Shown: one piece after another, positions 42,594-52,507 of the stretch
Layout: every line of letters starts with the position of its first letter
Numbering within the stretch: position 1 is the first letter of the stretch
Assembly: GCF_024298765.1 (NCBI RefSeq)
Contig: NZ_CP101210.1
Direction: 5' to 3' (one strand)
DNA length: 64,000 bases
Source: Escherichia coli
GTDB taxonomy: Bacteria; Pseudomonadota; Gammaproteobacteria; Enterobacterales; Enterobacteriaceae
The notes under the pieces: generated by a model
What the model saw: the letters and a program-made list of their open reading frames with translations, nothing else
What the model was told of the DNA's origin: nothing
Databases searched by the model: none
Made by a program: the position numbers and the translations under genes

Positions 42594-42800
42594 ATGAATA
42601 AAGAACAATCTGCTGATGAACTCTCGTTGGATCTGATTCGTGTAAAAAATATGCTTAATAGCACCATTTCTATGAGTTACCCGGATGTTGTAATCGCATG
42701 TATAGAACATCAGGTGTCTCTGGAAGCATTCAGGGCAATTGAGGCAGCGTTGGTGAAGCACGATAAGAATTCGAAGGATTATTCCCTGGTGGTTGACTGA
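42594..42800 (+). CDS. Hypothetical 68-aa protein
   Basis: GGAG RBS eight nt before the ATG; divergent from the ydfO-like gene. Confidence 0.4.
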   Translation: MNKEQSADELSLDLIRVKNMLNSTISMSYPDVVIACIEHQVSLEAFRAIEAALVKHDKNSKDYSLVVD

Positions 42801-43159
42801 GCACCATAACTGCTAATCATTCAAACTATTTAACCTGTGACAGAGTCAATGTCGCATTCTGTCACTGTCAGGCTAATACAGAGCTGCAATTCAACTACTG
42901 CAATGTCCTCGTAATTAGGTGAATTTACATATCGTCCTGTTCGGATGCCGGCTGCATTGCTGAAGATGAGGCATTTATGGTTCGCATATTTTCCCCTCAT
43001 GCTCGTCAGTCCTGTGCGTAGGAAGAAACAGGACACTCACACTAATTTGTGTGGGCATGCTGTGATGTCCTTCTGAATTATTCCTATGCCATTATGTAAA
43101 GCGCTGTATCAGATGCTCGTCACGGCTGTCAGGCTGTCGGGTCCTCCCGGTGGGGGCCC

Positions 43160-43200
43160 CTGCCACGGGGCGGGAGCGTCGCGGAAAAAGGCTAGTTTTT
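43160..43200. other. Putative cos site (cosN-cosB-like) upstream of terminase
   Basis: ACGGGGCGGGAGCGTCGCGG followed by an A/T-rich tract resembles the lambda cos junction (ACGGGGCGGCGACCTCGCGG), about 170 bp before the small terminase. Confidence 0.5.
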
Positions 43201-43353
43201 GAAATTTCATTCGTCATCACCACTACTGTAATAGATTGATATTACAGTGTTTTTATTTTTGTGGTGTCGATTTTGATTGTTTTTTGTTCATCACTAACAC
43301 CGTTTGCCTAAAGTTGTTCGCAAGATGCATGTTTAAAACATTCTGGAGCGGGT

Positions 43354-43848
43354 ATGGATCGAGAGTTAAAAAATCTGACGCTGAATATCAGTCAACTGGC
43401 GGCACTGTCAGGTGTACATCGCCAGACTGCTGCGGCAAGGCTGCAAAATCTACCCGTTGCAGGGGGGCATGAAAGCAACCTCAAGCTTTATCGGGTGGTT
43501 GATATTGTGTCGGCATTTCTGGCATTACCACCGCCGGTTGCAGAAAGCGAAATGGATGCGCATGAGCGCAAAGCCTGGTATCAGTCTGAACGTGAGCGTC
43601 TTAAGTTCGAACAGGAAACGGCACAACTCATTCCGGCCAGTGATGTCAGACGGGAGTTTGCCATCTGGGCAAAAGCGGTCGTGCAGGTGCTGGAGACATT
43701 ACCGGATATTCTTGAACGTGACTGCGGTCTGCAGCCTGCCGCTGTGAGCCGTGTTCAGTCCATTATTGATGATCTGCGCGATCAGATAGCCCTGCGGGTG
43801 ACTGAAGCAGGTGCGGATGATGAGGAGGAATTACAGCAGGAGGAGTAA
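43354..43848 (+). CDS. Terminase small subunit (Nu1-like, 164 aa)
   Basis: N-terminal HTH (LTLNISQLAALSGVHRQTAAARLQ), acidic C-terminus, overlaps the large-terminase start. Confidence 0.8.
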   Translation: MDRELKNLTLNISQLAALSGVHRQTAAARLQNLPVAGGHESNLKLYRVVDIVSAFLALPPPVAESEMDAHERKAWYQSERERLKFEQETAQLIPASDVRREFAIWAKAVVQVLETLPDILERDCGLQPAAVSRVQSIIDDLRDQIALRVTEAGADDEEELQQEE

Positions 43849-45950
43849 TGCTGAATCAGGAAACCGCAAAGGCAGCACGAACCGATTCAGGTTATATCCT
43901 TCGCGCACCGAGACGAATGCGGGTTGCTGATGCCGTTGCTCAGTATATGCGGGTGCCCCTGGGGGCAGGGAACTCAGTCCCGTGGGATCCGCTGGTGGCA
44001 CCGTATGTTATTGAGCCGATGAACTGCCTGGCCTCGCGTGAATACGACGCAGTGATATTTGTTGGCCCGGCACGAACCGGCAAGACTATCGGCCTGATTG
44101 ACGGCTGGGTGATTTACAACGTGATTTGCGATCCTGCTGATATGCTGATCATTCAGATGACGGAGGAAAAAGCCCGCGAACACTCCAAAAAACGACTCGC
44201 CAGAACGTTTCGCGTCAGCCCGGAAGTGGTCAGTCGCCTGAGTCCGAACAAAAATGACAACAACGTTTATGACAGAACATTCCTTGCTGGTAACTACCTG
44301 AAAATCGGCTGGCCGTCAGTCAATATCATGTCCTCATCAGATTATAAATGCGTCGCGCTGACGGATTATGACCGTTTTCCGGAAGATATTGATGGCGAGG
44401 GGGATGCTTTCTCTCTTGCCTCAAAACGTACCACAACATTTATGTCCAGTGGTATGACGCTGGTGGAGAGTTCCCCCGGCAGGGATGTGAAGGATGTGAA
44501 ATGGCGACGGACTTCACCGCATGAGGCTCCACCAACCACGGGGATACTGTCGCTCTATAACCGTGGTGATCGCCGTCGCTGGTACTGGCCCTGTCCATAC
44601 TGTGGTGAGTATTTTCAGCCCTGCGGCGATGTGGTTGCTGGTTTCCGTGATATTGCCGATCCCGTGCTGGCAAGTGAGGCGGCTTATATTCAGTGTCCTT
44701 CCTGTTCAGGACGGATTATGCCTGAACAAAAACGTGAGCTGAACGGACGTGGGGTCTGGTTGCGGGATGGTGAATCCATCAATGCGGATGGCAGTCGTTA
44801 TGGTGATCCCCGACGCTCACGTATTGCGTCATTCTGGATGGAGGGGCCGGCAGCTGCTTACCAGACACTCTCGCAACTCGTTTACAAACTGCTTACTGCA
44901 GAACAGGAATACGAGACAACCGGAAGTGAAGAAACACTCAAGACGGTTATCAATACCGACTGGGGATTACCTTATCTTCCCCGCGCCAGCATGGAGCAAC
45001 GAAAAAGTGAACTGCTTGAGCAGCGGGCAGAGCCAGTTCCTTCCCGCAGTGTGCCGGATGGCGTTAATTTCCTTGTGGCGACAGTGGATGTGCAGGCGGG
45101 ACGTCATCGCCGTTTTGTGGTTCAGGTAACGGGCTATGGCAGCCGTGGCGAACGCTGGATTATTGATCGTTACAACATCACGCAGTCATTGCGCGGTGAC
45201 AGCGACGGGGAGAGCCAGCGAATTGATCCGGCCAGCTATCCGGAAGACTGGGATGTCCTGCTGACGGATGTTTTTCATAAAAGCTGGCCGCTGGCCTCCG
45301 ATCCTTCTCAACAAATGCGACTGATGGCAATGGCGGTGGACTCCGGCGGTGAAGACGGGGTCACTGATAATGCCTATAAATTCTGGCGTCGTTGCCGTCG
45401 TGATGGCCTTGGTAAACGTATTTACCTGTTTAAGGGCGACAGCATCCGGCGCGCAAAACTGATCACCCGTACATTCCCTGATAACACCGGACGAACGGGC
45501 CGACGGGCGCAGGCCGCAGGTGATGTGCCGCTCTGGCTTCTTCAGACGGATGCACTGAAAGACCGGGTGAATAACGCGTTATGGCGTGACTCGCCAGGTC
45601 CCGGCTATGTGCATTTCCCTGACTGGCTGGGGAGCTGGTTTTACGACGAACTGACGTATGAAGAGCGGAGCAGTGACGGGAAATGGAGTAAGCCAGGTCG
45701 CGGTGCCAACGAAGCTTTTGACCTGATGGTGTATGCCGAGGCTCTGGTCATTCTGCATGGATACGAAAAGATCCGCTGGCCGGATGCACCGGAGTGGGCG
45801 AGCCGGGAAACCTGGCTGGAGTGTGTCCCGGACAGTACCGAACCGTCACCCACACCGGAACCGGTATCCACGCCTGTTAAAAAACAAAAACGGAAGAAAA
45901 CAGTAACTGACGATGTTAACCCCTGGCTGACTTCCGGAGGATGGTTATGA
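43848..45950 (+). CDS. Terminase large subunit (gpA-like, 700 aa)
   Basis: Walker A-like VGPARTGKT; size and position after Nu1. Confidence 0.9.
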   Translation: MLNQETAKAARTDSGYILRAPRRMRVADAVAQYMRVPLGAGNSVPWDPLVAPYVIEPMNCLASREYDAVIFVGPARTGKTIGLIDGWVIYNVICDPADMLIIQMTEEKAREHSKKRLARTFRVSPEVVSRLSPNKNDNNVYDRTFLAGNYLKIGWPSVNIMSSSDYKCVALTDYDRFPEDIDGEGDAFSLASKRTTTFMSSGMTLVESSPGRDVKDVKWRRTSPHEAPPTTGILSLYNRGDRRRWYWPCPYCGEYFQPCGDVVAGFRDIADPVLASEAAYIQCPSCSGRIMPEQKRELNGRGVWLRDGESINADGSRYGDPRRSRIASFWMEGPAAAYQTLSQLVYKLLTAEQEYETTGSEETLKTVINTDWGLPYLPRASMEQRKSELLEQRAEPVPSRSVPDGVNFLVATVDVQAGRHRRFVVQVTGYGSRGERWIIDRYNITQSLRGDSDGESQRIDPASYPEDWDVLLTDVFHKSWPLASDPSQQMRLMAMAVDSGGEDGVTDNAYKFWRRCRRDGLGKRIYLFKGDSIRRAKLITRTFPDNTGRTGRRAQAAGDVPLWLLQTDALKDRVNNALWRDSPGPGYVHFPDWLGSWFYDELTYEERSSDGKWSKPGRGANEAFDLMVYAEALVILHGYEKIRWPDAPEWASRETWLECVPDSTEPSPTPEPVSTPVKKQKRKKTVTDDVNPWLTSGGWL

Positions 45951-46159
45951 ATCAGAATGATATTGAAGCCATGATTCAGCGTTATACGGAAGCTGAAATG
46001 GCGGTGCTGGACGGAAAATCCGTCACTTTTAATGGTCAGCAGATGACCATGGAAAACTTATCTGAGATCCGGCAGGGGCGGCAGGAGTGGGAGCGCCGCC
46101 TTGCGGCTCTGATTACACGACGACGGGGGCATCCCGGGTACCGGCTGGCGAGGTTCTGA
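45941..46159 (+). CDS. Head-tail joining protein (gpW-like, 72 aa)
   Basis: Small ORF between terminase and portal, overlapping both. Confidence 0.6.
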   Translation: MVMNQNDIEAMIQRYTEAEMAVLDGKSVTFNGQQMTMENLSEIRQGRQEWERRLAALITRRRGHPGYRLARF

Positions 46160-47667
46160 TGGCAATTCTTGATGATGTGATTGGCGTTTTTTCACCAGGA
46201 TGGAAAGCGGCAAGGCTGCGTTCCCGAGCGGTGATCCAGGCTTATGAGGCCGTAAAAACGACGCGGACACACAAAGCCCGACGGGAGAACCGAACTGCCG
46301 ACCAGTTAAGCCAGTACGGGGCCGTGTCGTTACGTGAGCAGGCCCGTTACCTTGATAACAACCACGATCTGGTCATTGGTGTATTTGACAAGCTGGAAGA
46401 ACGGGTGGTGGGGAAAAACGGGATTATTGTCGAGCCACATCCGGTATTACGCAATGGTGCCATTGCCCGTGACTTGGCAGCGGAGATACGTACCCGATGG
46501 AGTGAATGGTCTGTCAGTCCGGAAGTCACCGGGCAGTTTACCCGTCCGATGCTGGAACGTCTGATGCTGCGTACCTGGCTGCGCGATGGTGAGGTGTTTG
46601 CCCAGATGGTTTCCGGGCGCATAAACAGCCTGACGCCTTCTGCCGGTGTTCATTTCTGGCTGGAGGCGCTCGAGCCGGACTTTATTCCCATGACCAGTGA
46701 TGAGAGCAACAGGCTGAATCAGGGCGTGTTTGTTGATGACTGGGGGCGTCCCGAAAAATATCTGGTGTATAAAAGTCGTCCTGTATCCGGACGGCAGATG
46801 GAAACCAAAGAAGTGGATGCAGAGCGAATGCTGCATCTTAAATTTGTTCGCCGTCTGCACCAGATGCGCGGGACGTCTTTATTGTCCGGTGTGCTGATCC
46901 GCCTCAGCGCCCTGAAAGAGTATGAAGATTCTGAGCTGACTGCAGCAAGGATCGCCGCTGCTCTGGGGATGTACATCCGGAAAGGCGACGGACAGAGCTA
47001 TGAAACGGATGGTAATGACAGCAAGGAGAATGAACGCGAGCTTACCATTCAGCCAGGCATTATTTACGACGATCTGAAACCCGGCGAAGAAATCGGAATG
47101 GTGAAGTCGGATCGTCCCAATCCTAACCTTGAAACTTTTCGTAATGGTCAGTTGCGTGCCGTGGCGGCGGGCAGTCGTCTGAGTTTTTCCAGTACGGCAC
47201 GCAACTATAACGGCACTTACAGCGCCCAGCGTCAGGAACTGGTTGAGTCTACTGATGGCTACCTGATCCTGCAGGACTGGTTTATTGGTGCCGTCACCCG
47301 CCCGATGTATCGTGCATGGCTGAAACAGGCTGTGGCATCCGGTGTTATCAGGCTACCCCGCGATCTTGACCGTTCTTCACTGTATACCGCGGTGTATTCC
47401 GGACCAGTGATGCCGTGGATTGACCCTGTTAAGGAGGCTGAGGCCTGGAAAATCCAGATTCGTGGTGGAGCGGCGACAGAATCAGACTGGGTACGTGCTG
47501 GTGGTCGTAATCCGGATGATGTCAAACGTCGGCGCAAGGCCGAAATTGATGAAAACCGCAAGCTGGATCTGGTATTTGATACCGATCCGGCCAGTGATAA
47601 AGGAGGCAGCAGTGCCGCAACGAAACGACAGGAGCCGCAGCACACCGACGACCAGTCCGAAGAATAA
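46159..47667 (+). CDS. Portal protein (gpB-like, 502 aa)
   Basis: ATG overlaps the gpW stop; size and position typical of a lambda-like portal. Confidence 0.85.
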   Translation: MAILDDVIGVFSPGWKAARLRSRAVIQAYEAVKTTRTHKARRENRTADQLSQYGAVSLREQARYLDNNHDLVIGVFDKLEERVVGKNGIIVEPHPVLRNGAIARDLAAEIRTRWSEWSVSPEVTGQFTRPMLERLMLRTWLRDGEVFAQMVSGRINSLTPSAGVHFWLEALEPDFIPMTSDESNRLNQGVFVDDWGRPEKYLVYKSRPVSGRQMETKEVDAERMLHLKFVRRLHQMRGTSLLSGVLIRLSALKEYEDSELTAARIAAALGMYIRKGDGQSYETDGNDSKENERELTIQPGIIYDDLKPGEEIGMVKSDRPNPNLETFRNGQLRAVAAGSRLSFSSTARNYNGTYSAQRQELVESTDGYLILQDWFIGAVTRPMYRAWLKQAVASGVIRLPRDLDRSSLYTAVYSGPVMPWIDPVKEAEAWKIQIRGGAATESDWVRAGGRNPDDVKRRRKAEIDENRKLDLVFDTDPASDKGGSSAATKRQEPQHTDDQSEE

Positions 47668-47680
47668 TTCCTGGTTCAGG

Positions 47681-49639
47681 ATGCAGGCTGGTCACCAGAG
47701 TGACGCGGATATTTATATTTATGACGAGATTGGTTTCTGGGGTGTTACAGCGAAGCAGTTTATCAGTGATCTGAATGCACTGGGCGATATCACCCACATT
47801 AATCTCCATATTAATTCACCGGGTGGCGATGTCTTTGAAGGCATCGCCATTTTTAATGCGCTGAAAACACATGGAGCGTCCATTACCGTTTATGTCGACG
47901 GTGTGGCGGCGTCAATGGCGTCGGTCATTGCGATGGTGGGAAACCCGGTCATTATGCCGGAAAACACTTTCATGATGATTCATAAACCATTTGGCTTTAC
48001 GGGCGGTGATGCGGAGGACATGCGCACCTATGCCGACCTGCTCGATAAAGTTGAGGCGGTTCTGTTACCCGCTTATGCACAGAAAACCGGGAAAACCACC
48101 GATGAAATTGCTGCCATGCTGGCGGATGAGACCTGGATGTCCGGTGCCGAATGTCTGGCACATGGATTTGCTGATCAGGTAACGCCAGCCGTTAAGGCAA
48201 TGGCATGTATTCAGTCAAAACGTACAGAGGAATTTAAAAAGATGCCGGAATCCATTCGAAACATGATTACTCCGCCACGCAACAGTGCTCCACGCGTACA
48301 GGATGATGAACCTGCAGCCTCCCGGACGCCAGTGCAGGCAGCAGCACCCGTGGTGGATGAAAACAGTATCCGTGCGCAGGTACTGGCAGAGCAAAAAGCG
48401 CGTGTAAACGGTATTAATGATCTGTTTGCCATGTTTGGCGGGCGTTATCAGACGCTGCAGGCTCAGTGTCTTGCCGATCCTGAATGTTCGCTGGAGCAGG
48501 CCCGCGAAAAGCTGTTGAACGAGATGGGGCGCGAGTCCACGCCATCCAATAAAAATACCCCGGCTCATATTTATGCCGGTAACGGTAATTTTGTGGGGGA
48601 CGGGATCCGCCAGGCGCTGATGGCGCGTGCCGGATTTGAAAAAACCGAACGTGATAATGTCTACAACGGGATGACCCTGCGTGAATATGCCCGTATGTCA
48701 CTGACTGAACGGGGTATTGGGGTTTCCAGTTATAACCCGATGCAGATGGTCGGTGCGGCGTTCACACACAGTACGTCTGACTTCGGTAATATTCTGCTGG
48801 ATGTTGCGAACAAAGCCATTCTGCAGGGCTGGGAAGATGCTCCTGAAACCTATGAACAGTGGACGCGGAAAGGTCAGTTGTCTGATTTTAAAATTGCCCA
48901 TCGTGTGGGTATGGGGGGCTTCAGTGCTCTGCGTCAGGTGCGTGAAGGGGCGGAATATAAATACGTCACCACCGGAGATAAACAGGCCACTATTGCACTG
49001 GCGACCTATGGCGAGCTGTTCAGTATCACCCGTCAGGCCATTATCAATGATGATCTGAATATGCTGACCGATGTCCCGATGAAGCTGGGCCGTGCGGCGA
49101 AATCCACCATTGCCGATCTGGTTTATGCCATTCTGACGTCTAACCCGAAAATCTCCACAGATAATGTAAGTCTGTTCGATAAAGCGAAACATGCAAACGT
49201 ACTGGAGAGCGCTGCAATGGACGTGGCATCGCTGGATAAAGCCCGCCAGTTGATGCGCGTTCAGAAAGAGGGGGAGCGTCATCTGAATATTCGTCCTGCG
49301 TTCGTACTGGTACCGACGGCGATGGAGTCTGTTGCTAACCAGGTCATTCGCTCCTCAAGTGTCAAGGGGGCTGACATTAACGCCGGTATTATTAACCCGG
49401 TGAAAGATTTTGCGACCGTTATTGCAGAGCCTCGTCTTGATGATAACAGCCAGACCACCTTCTACCTGGCTGCGTCCAAAGGCTCCGATACGATTGAAGT
49501 GGCTTATCTCAACGGTGTGGATACGCCATATATTGATCAGATGGAGGGCTTCAGTGTGGATGGCGTGACAACGAAAGTGCGTATTGACGCCGGTGTCGCG
49601 CCAGTTGATCACCGCGGTCTGGTGAAATGTACGGCGTAA
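47681..49639 (+). CDS. Fused prohead protease (ClpP/S49-like) and HK97-fold major capsid protein (652 aa)
   Basis: N-terminal third has ClpP-like features (INSPGGDVFEGIAIFNAL, MASVIAMVGNP); C-terminal two-thirds resembles a major capsid protein. Confidence 0.78.
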   Translation: MQAGHQSDADIYIYDEIGFWGVTAKQFISDLNALGDITHINLHINSPGGDVFEGIAIFNALKTHGASITVYVDGVAASMASVIAMVGNPVIMPENTFMMIHKPFGFTGGDAEDMRTYADLLDKVEAVLLPAYAQKTGKTTDEIAAMLADETWMSGAECLAHGFADQVTPAVKAMACIQSKRTEEFKKMPESIRNMITPPRNSAPRVQDDEPAASRTPVQAAAPVVDENSIRAQVLAEQKARVNGINDLFAMFGGRYQTLQAQCLADPECSLEQAREKLLNEMGRESTPSNKNTPAHIYAGNGNFVGDGIRQALMARAGFEKTERDNVYNGMTLREYARMSLTERGIGVSSYNPMQMVGAAFTHSTSDFGNILLDVANKAILQGWEDAPETYEQWTRKGQLSDFKIAHRVGMGGFSALRQVREGAEYKYVTTGDKQATIALATYGELFSITRQAIINDDLNMLTDVPMKLGRAAKSTIADLVYAILTSNPKISTDNVSLFDKAKHANVLESAAMDVASLDKARQLMRVQKEGERHLNIRPAFVLVPTAMESVANQVIRSSSVKGADINAGIINPVKDFATVIAEPRLDDNSQTTFYLAASKGSDTIEVAYLNGVDTPYIDQMEGFSVDGVTTKVRIDAGVAPVDHRGLVKCTA

Positions 49640-49725
49640 ACGTCGCAGACAACAACTCTGATGGCCCGTAAGGGCTTTTTTTGTACCTGAAATCAGCCTC
49701 TGAACGGGGCTGTGCGGAGACAGTT

Positions 49726-50049
49726 ATGGCAAAGAATTTTGTAGAAGAAGGAAAAACGGTGGCGATTGTTGCCAGTGCAGCCATCAGCAGCGGAGATCTG
49801 GTGCAGGTGGGTGATGTTTTTGCGGTGGCGCTGACCGATATTCCACAGGGTGAAACAGGCGACGGCATGACCGAAGGTGTGTTTATCCTGCCTAAACTGA
49901 AAACGGATGACATGAAAACGGGTAAGAAGGTTTATCTGAAGTCCGGAAAAGTTCAGCTGACTAACAGCGGCTCTGATCCGCTGGTCGGGGTTGTCTGGGC
50001 AGATGCCGGAACCAGTGCAGAAGAAGTGCCGGTAAAACTCAATGTCTGA
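49726..50049 (+). CDS. Small head protein (decoration or head-completion candidate, 107 aa)
   Basis: GGAG RBS; position after the capsid gene. Confidence 0.5.
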   Translation: MAKNFVEEGKTVAIVASAAISSGDLVQVGDVFAVALTDIPQGETGDGMTEGVFILPKLKTDDMKTGKKVYLKSGKVQLTNSGSDPLVGVVWADAGTSAEEVPVKLNV

Positions 50050-50317
50050 TCCCTTTTCCCGGCTGGCAGCGCGTATGGATGCGATCACGGTCAGAAAGAT
50101 GGGAAAGACAGCCTCGATTAATGATGTCGATATGGCTGTGATCCCGGACGAAACACTTGCAGAGCTGAATGCTCTGTCCGGACCTGCGGTCTCTCTGGTG
50201 GTGTTTTCTTCGGGATACCGCCCACGGCGCGGGGATCGCGTTGTTTATGACGGACAACAATGGACGGTCACACGGCATGAACGTTTTAACGGTAAGCCAA
50301 TGATCTTTATTGAGTAA
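50042..50317 (+). CDS. Head-tail joining protein candidate (FII-like, 91 aa)
   Basis: Position between the head genes and the gpZ-like gene. Confidence 0.45.
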   Translation: MSDPFSRLAARMDAITVRKMGKTASINDVDMAVIPDETLAELNALSGPAVSLVVFSSGYRPRRGDRVVYDGQQWTVTRHERFNGKPMIFIE

Positions 50318-50328
50318 AGAGGTGTGGG

Positions 50329-50907
50329 ATGAAGGGGCTTGAGAATGCCATCCGCAATCTGAACAGCCTTGATACCCGTATGGTGCCACAGGCCAGCGCA
50401 TGGGCGATAAACCGTGTGGCACAGAAAGCGGTCTCGGTTGCCACCCGGCAGGTTGCCGGGAATACCGTTGCGGGAGATAACCAGGTGAAAGGGATCCCCC
50501 TGAAACTGGTACGTCAGCGTGTCCGGGTGTTTAAAGCCAGTCCGTCAGGAAAAATGACGGCCAGGATCCGCGTTAACCGGGGCAATCTGCCCGCCATTAA
50601 GCTGGGGACAGCCCGGGTCAGACTGGCCCGGCGTGGTGGAAAACTGCAGTACCGTGGCAGTGTGCTGAAGGTGGGTAAATATCTTTTCCGGGATGCGTTT
50701 ATTCAGCAACTGGCGAATGGTCGCTGGCATGTGATGCGGCGTATTGATGGCAAAAATCGTTACCCCATTGATGTGGTGAAAATCCCGCTTTCCAGACCGC
50801 TGACACAGGCATTTGAAGATGCCCGCGACCGCATCATTGCTGCGGAAATGCCGAAACAGCTGGGGTATGCACTGAAACAACAACTGAGGTTATGGCTGAC
50901 CCGATGA
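50329..50907 (+). CDS. Tail completion protein (gpZ-like, 192 aa)
   Basis: Length equals lambda gpZ; position before gpU. Confidence 0.6.
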   Translation: MKGLENAIRNLNSLDTRMVPQASAWAINRVAQKAVSVATRQVAGNTVAGDNQVKGIPLKLVRQRVRVFKASPSGKMTARIRVNRGNLPAIKLGTARVRLARRGGKLQYRGSVLKVGKYLFRDAFIQQLANGRWHVMRRIDGKNRYPIDVVKIPLSRPLTQAFEDARDRIIAAEMPKQLGYALKQQLRLWLTR

Positions 50908-51305
50908 ACCGACATACACAAATCCGCCAGGCCGTACTGGCACGCCTTCGGGAACAGTGTGGAGACAGCGCCACGTTTTTTGACGGGCTTCCGGCATTTA
51001 TTGATGCGCAGGAACTGCCTGCCGTGGCGGTGTGGCTGAGTGATGCTCAGTACACCGGAAAAATGACGGATGAAGATGACTGGCAGGCTGTTCTGCATAT
51101 TGCTGTCTTCATCCGGGCACAGGCACCGGATTCAGAGCTGGATATGTGGATGGAGAGCACCATTTTCCCGGCCCTGAATGATATACCGGCACTTTCCGGA
51201 CTCATCGACACCCTGATCCCTCTCGGTTTTAACTATCAACGTGATAATGAGATGGCCACCTGGGCGATGGCGGAAATCACGTACCAGATCACGTACACGA
51301 ATTAA
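50904..51305 (+). CDS. Tail terminator protein (gpU-like, 133 aa)
   Basis: ...ATFFDGLPAFIDAQELPAVAVWLSDAQYTG...DSELDMWMES...IPALS resembles recalled lambda gpU; ATGA overlap with gpZ. Confidence 0.85.
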   Translation: MNRHTQIRQAVLARLREQCGDSATFFDGLPAFIDAQELPAVAVWLSDAQYTGKMTDEDDWQAVLHIAVFIRAQAPDSELDMWMESTIFPALNDIPALSGLIDTLIPLGFNYQRDNEMATWAMAEITYQITYTN

Positions 51306-51316
51306 AGGAGGTGGCA

Positions 51317-52060
51317 ATGACCACACCAAATCCACTGGCAAAAACGAAAGGTGCGGGAACGACGTTCTGGATGTACACCGGCAAGGGCGATGCGTTTGCG
51401 AACCCTTTATCGGACACTGACTGGCTGCGTCTTGCGATGGTGAAGGATCTGCAACCTGGCGAAATGACCGCTGATGCAGAAGATGACACTTATCTCGATG
51501 ATGAAGATGCAGACTGGAAAACGACAACCCAGGGGCAGAAATCCGTCGGTGATACTTCGGCGACGCTGGCCTGGCGTCCGGGTGACAGCGGGCAGAAAAA
51601 ACTGGTTCAGTTGTTCGACTCCGGTGAAGTCTGCGCGTTTCGTATCAAATATCCCAACGGCACTGTTGATGTTTTCCGTGGCTGGCTGAGCTCACTGGGT
51701 AAAACCATTGCCTCAAAAGACGTGATGACCCGCACAGTGAAAATCAGCGGTGTGGGGCGTCCGTATCTGGCAGAGGAAGGCACTGAAACAGTGAGCGTTA
51801 CCGGGCTGACGGTGGCACCGGCATCTGCCAGTGTAAAAGTGGGAGCAACCACCACGCTGACCTTTACAGTAAAACCTGACGGAGCCAGTGACAAAGCGAT
51901 CAGTGTGCATTCGACAGATCCACAGACTGCCACGGTGACCCTGAACGGGCTTGTGGCCACGGTGAAAGGCGTGAAGCAGGGCAGTGTCAGCATTGTGGGC
52001 ATGACTTCTGACGGCGATTTTGTGGCAGTGGCTGCGGTGGCTGTCAGCGCCGCAGGTTAA
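51317..52060 (+). CDS. Major tail protein (gpV-like, 247 aa)
   Basis: KGAGTTFWMYTGKGDAFANPLSDTDWLRLAMVKDLQPGEMTA...YLDDEDADW...NGTVDVFRGW matches recalled lambda gpV; AAGGAGG RBS. Confidence 0.92.
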   Translation: MTTPNPLAKTKGAGTTFWMYTGKGDAFANPLSDTDWLRLAMVKDLQPGEMTADAEDDTYLDDEDADWKTTTQGQKSVGDTSATLAWRPGDSGQKKLVQLFDSGEVCAFRIKYPNGTVDVFRGWLSSLGKTIASKDVMTRTVKISGVGRPYLAEEGTETVSVTGLTVAPASASVKVGATTTLTFTVKPDGASDKAISVHSTDPQTATVTLNGLVATVKGVKQGSVSIVGMTSDGDFVAVAAVAVSAAG

Positions 52061-52080
52061 CAGGACGATACTCATCATTT

Positions 52081-52105
52081 GCCCCGGTTATCCGGGGCTT
52101 TTTTG
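52081..52105 (+). terminator. Hairpin with U-tract after the major tail gene
   Basis: GCCCCGG-ttat-CCGGGGC followed by TTTTTT. Confidence 0.45.
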
Positions 52106-52120
52106 CAGGTGGAGAACATG

Positions 52121-52507
52121 ATGTTTCTGAAACAGGGCACGTTTAATTATGAAAAGCAGTCCGTGGTGCTCAGTGAGCTGTCCGGGCTGCAGAGAATTGA
52201 ATATCTGGCGTTTGTTCAGCAGCGAACGGCAAAGTTTGATGCCGAAGAGGGAGAACTGCCGGAGGCTGAACGACAGATTGCTTTTCTGCGGATGGGGATG
52301 GATATCAATGCCTGGCTGGTTTCCCGCTCACTGTGGAATGCGGAACAGTCTCAGGATGTTGAGACGCTTTGCGCATCCGTTATTACAACATGGTCGTATG
52401 ATGCCCTGGGAGCGGGGGCGGAGATGGTTCTGTCGCTGAGCGGTATGGGAGCCATTGAGAATGCCGGGGATTTGGAGCATGAGGTGCTGACGCCGGAAAA
52501 GTCCTGA
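52121..52507 (+). CDS. Tail assembly chaperone (gpG-like)
   Basis: MFLKQGTF... with ...LSELSGLQRIEYLAF resembles lambda gpG; GGTGGAG RBS. Confidence 0.8.
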   Translation: MFLKQGTFNYEKQSVVLSELSGLQRIEYLAFVQQRTAKFDAEEGELPEAERQIAFLRMGMDINAWLVSRSLWNAEQSQDVETLCASVITTWSYDALGAGAEMVLSLSGMGAIENAGDLEHEVLTPEKS

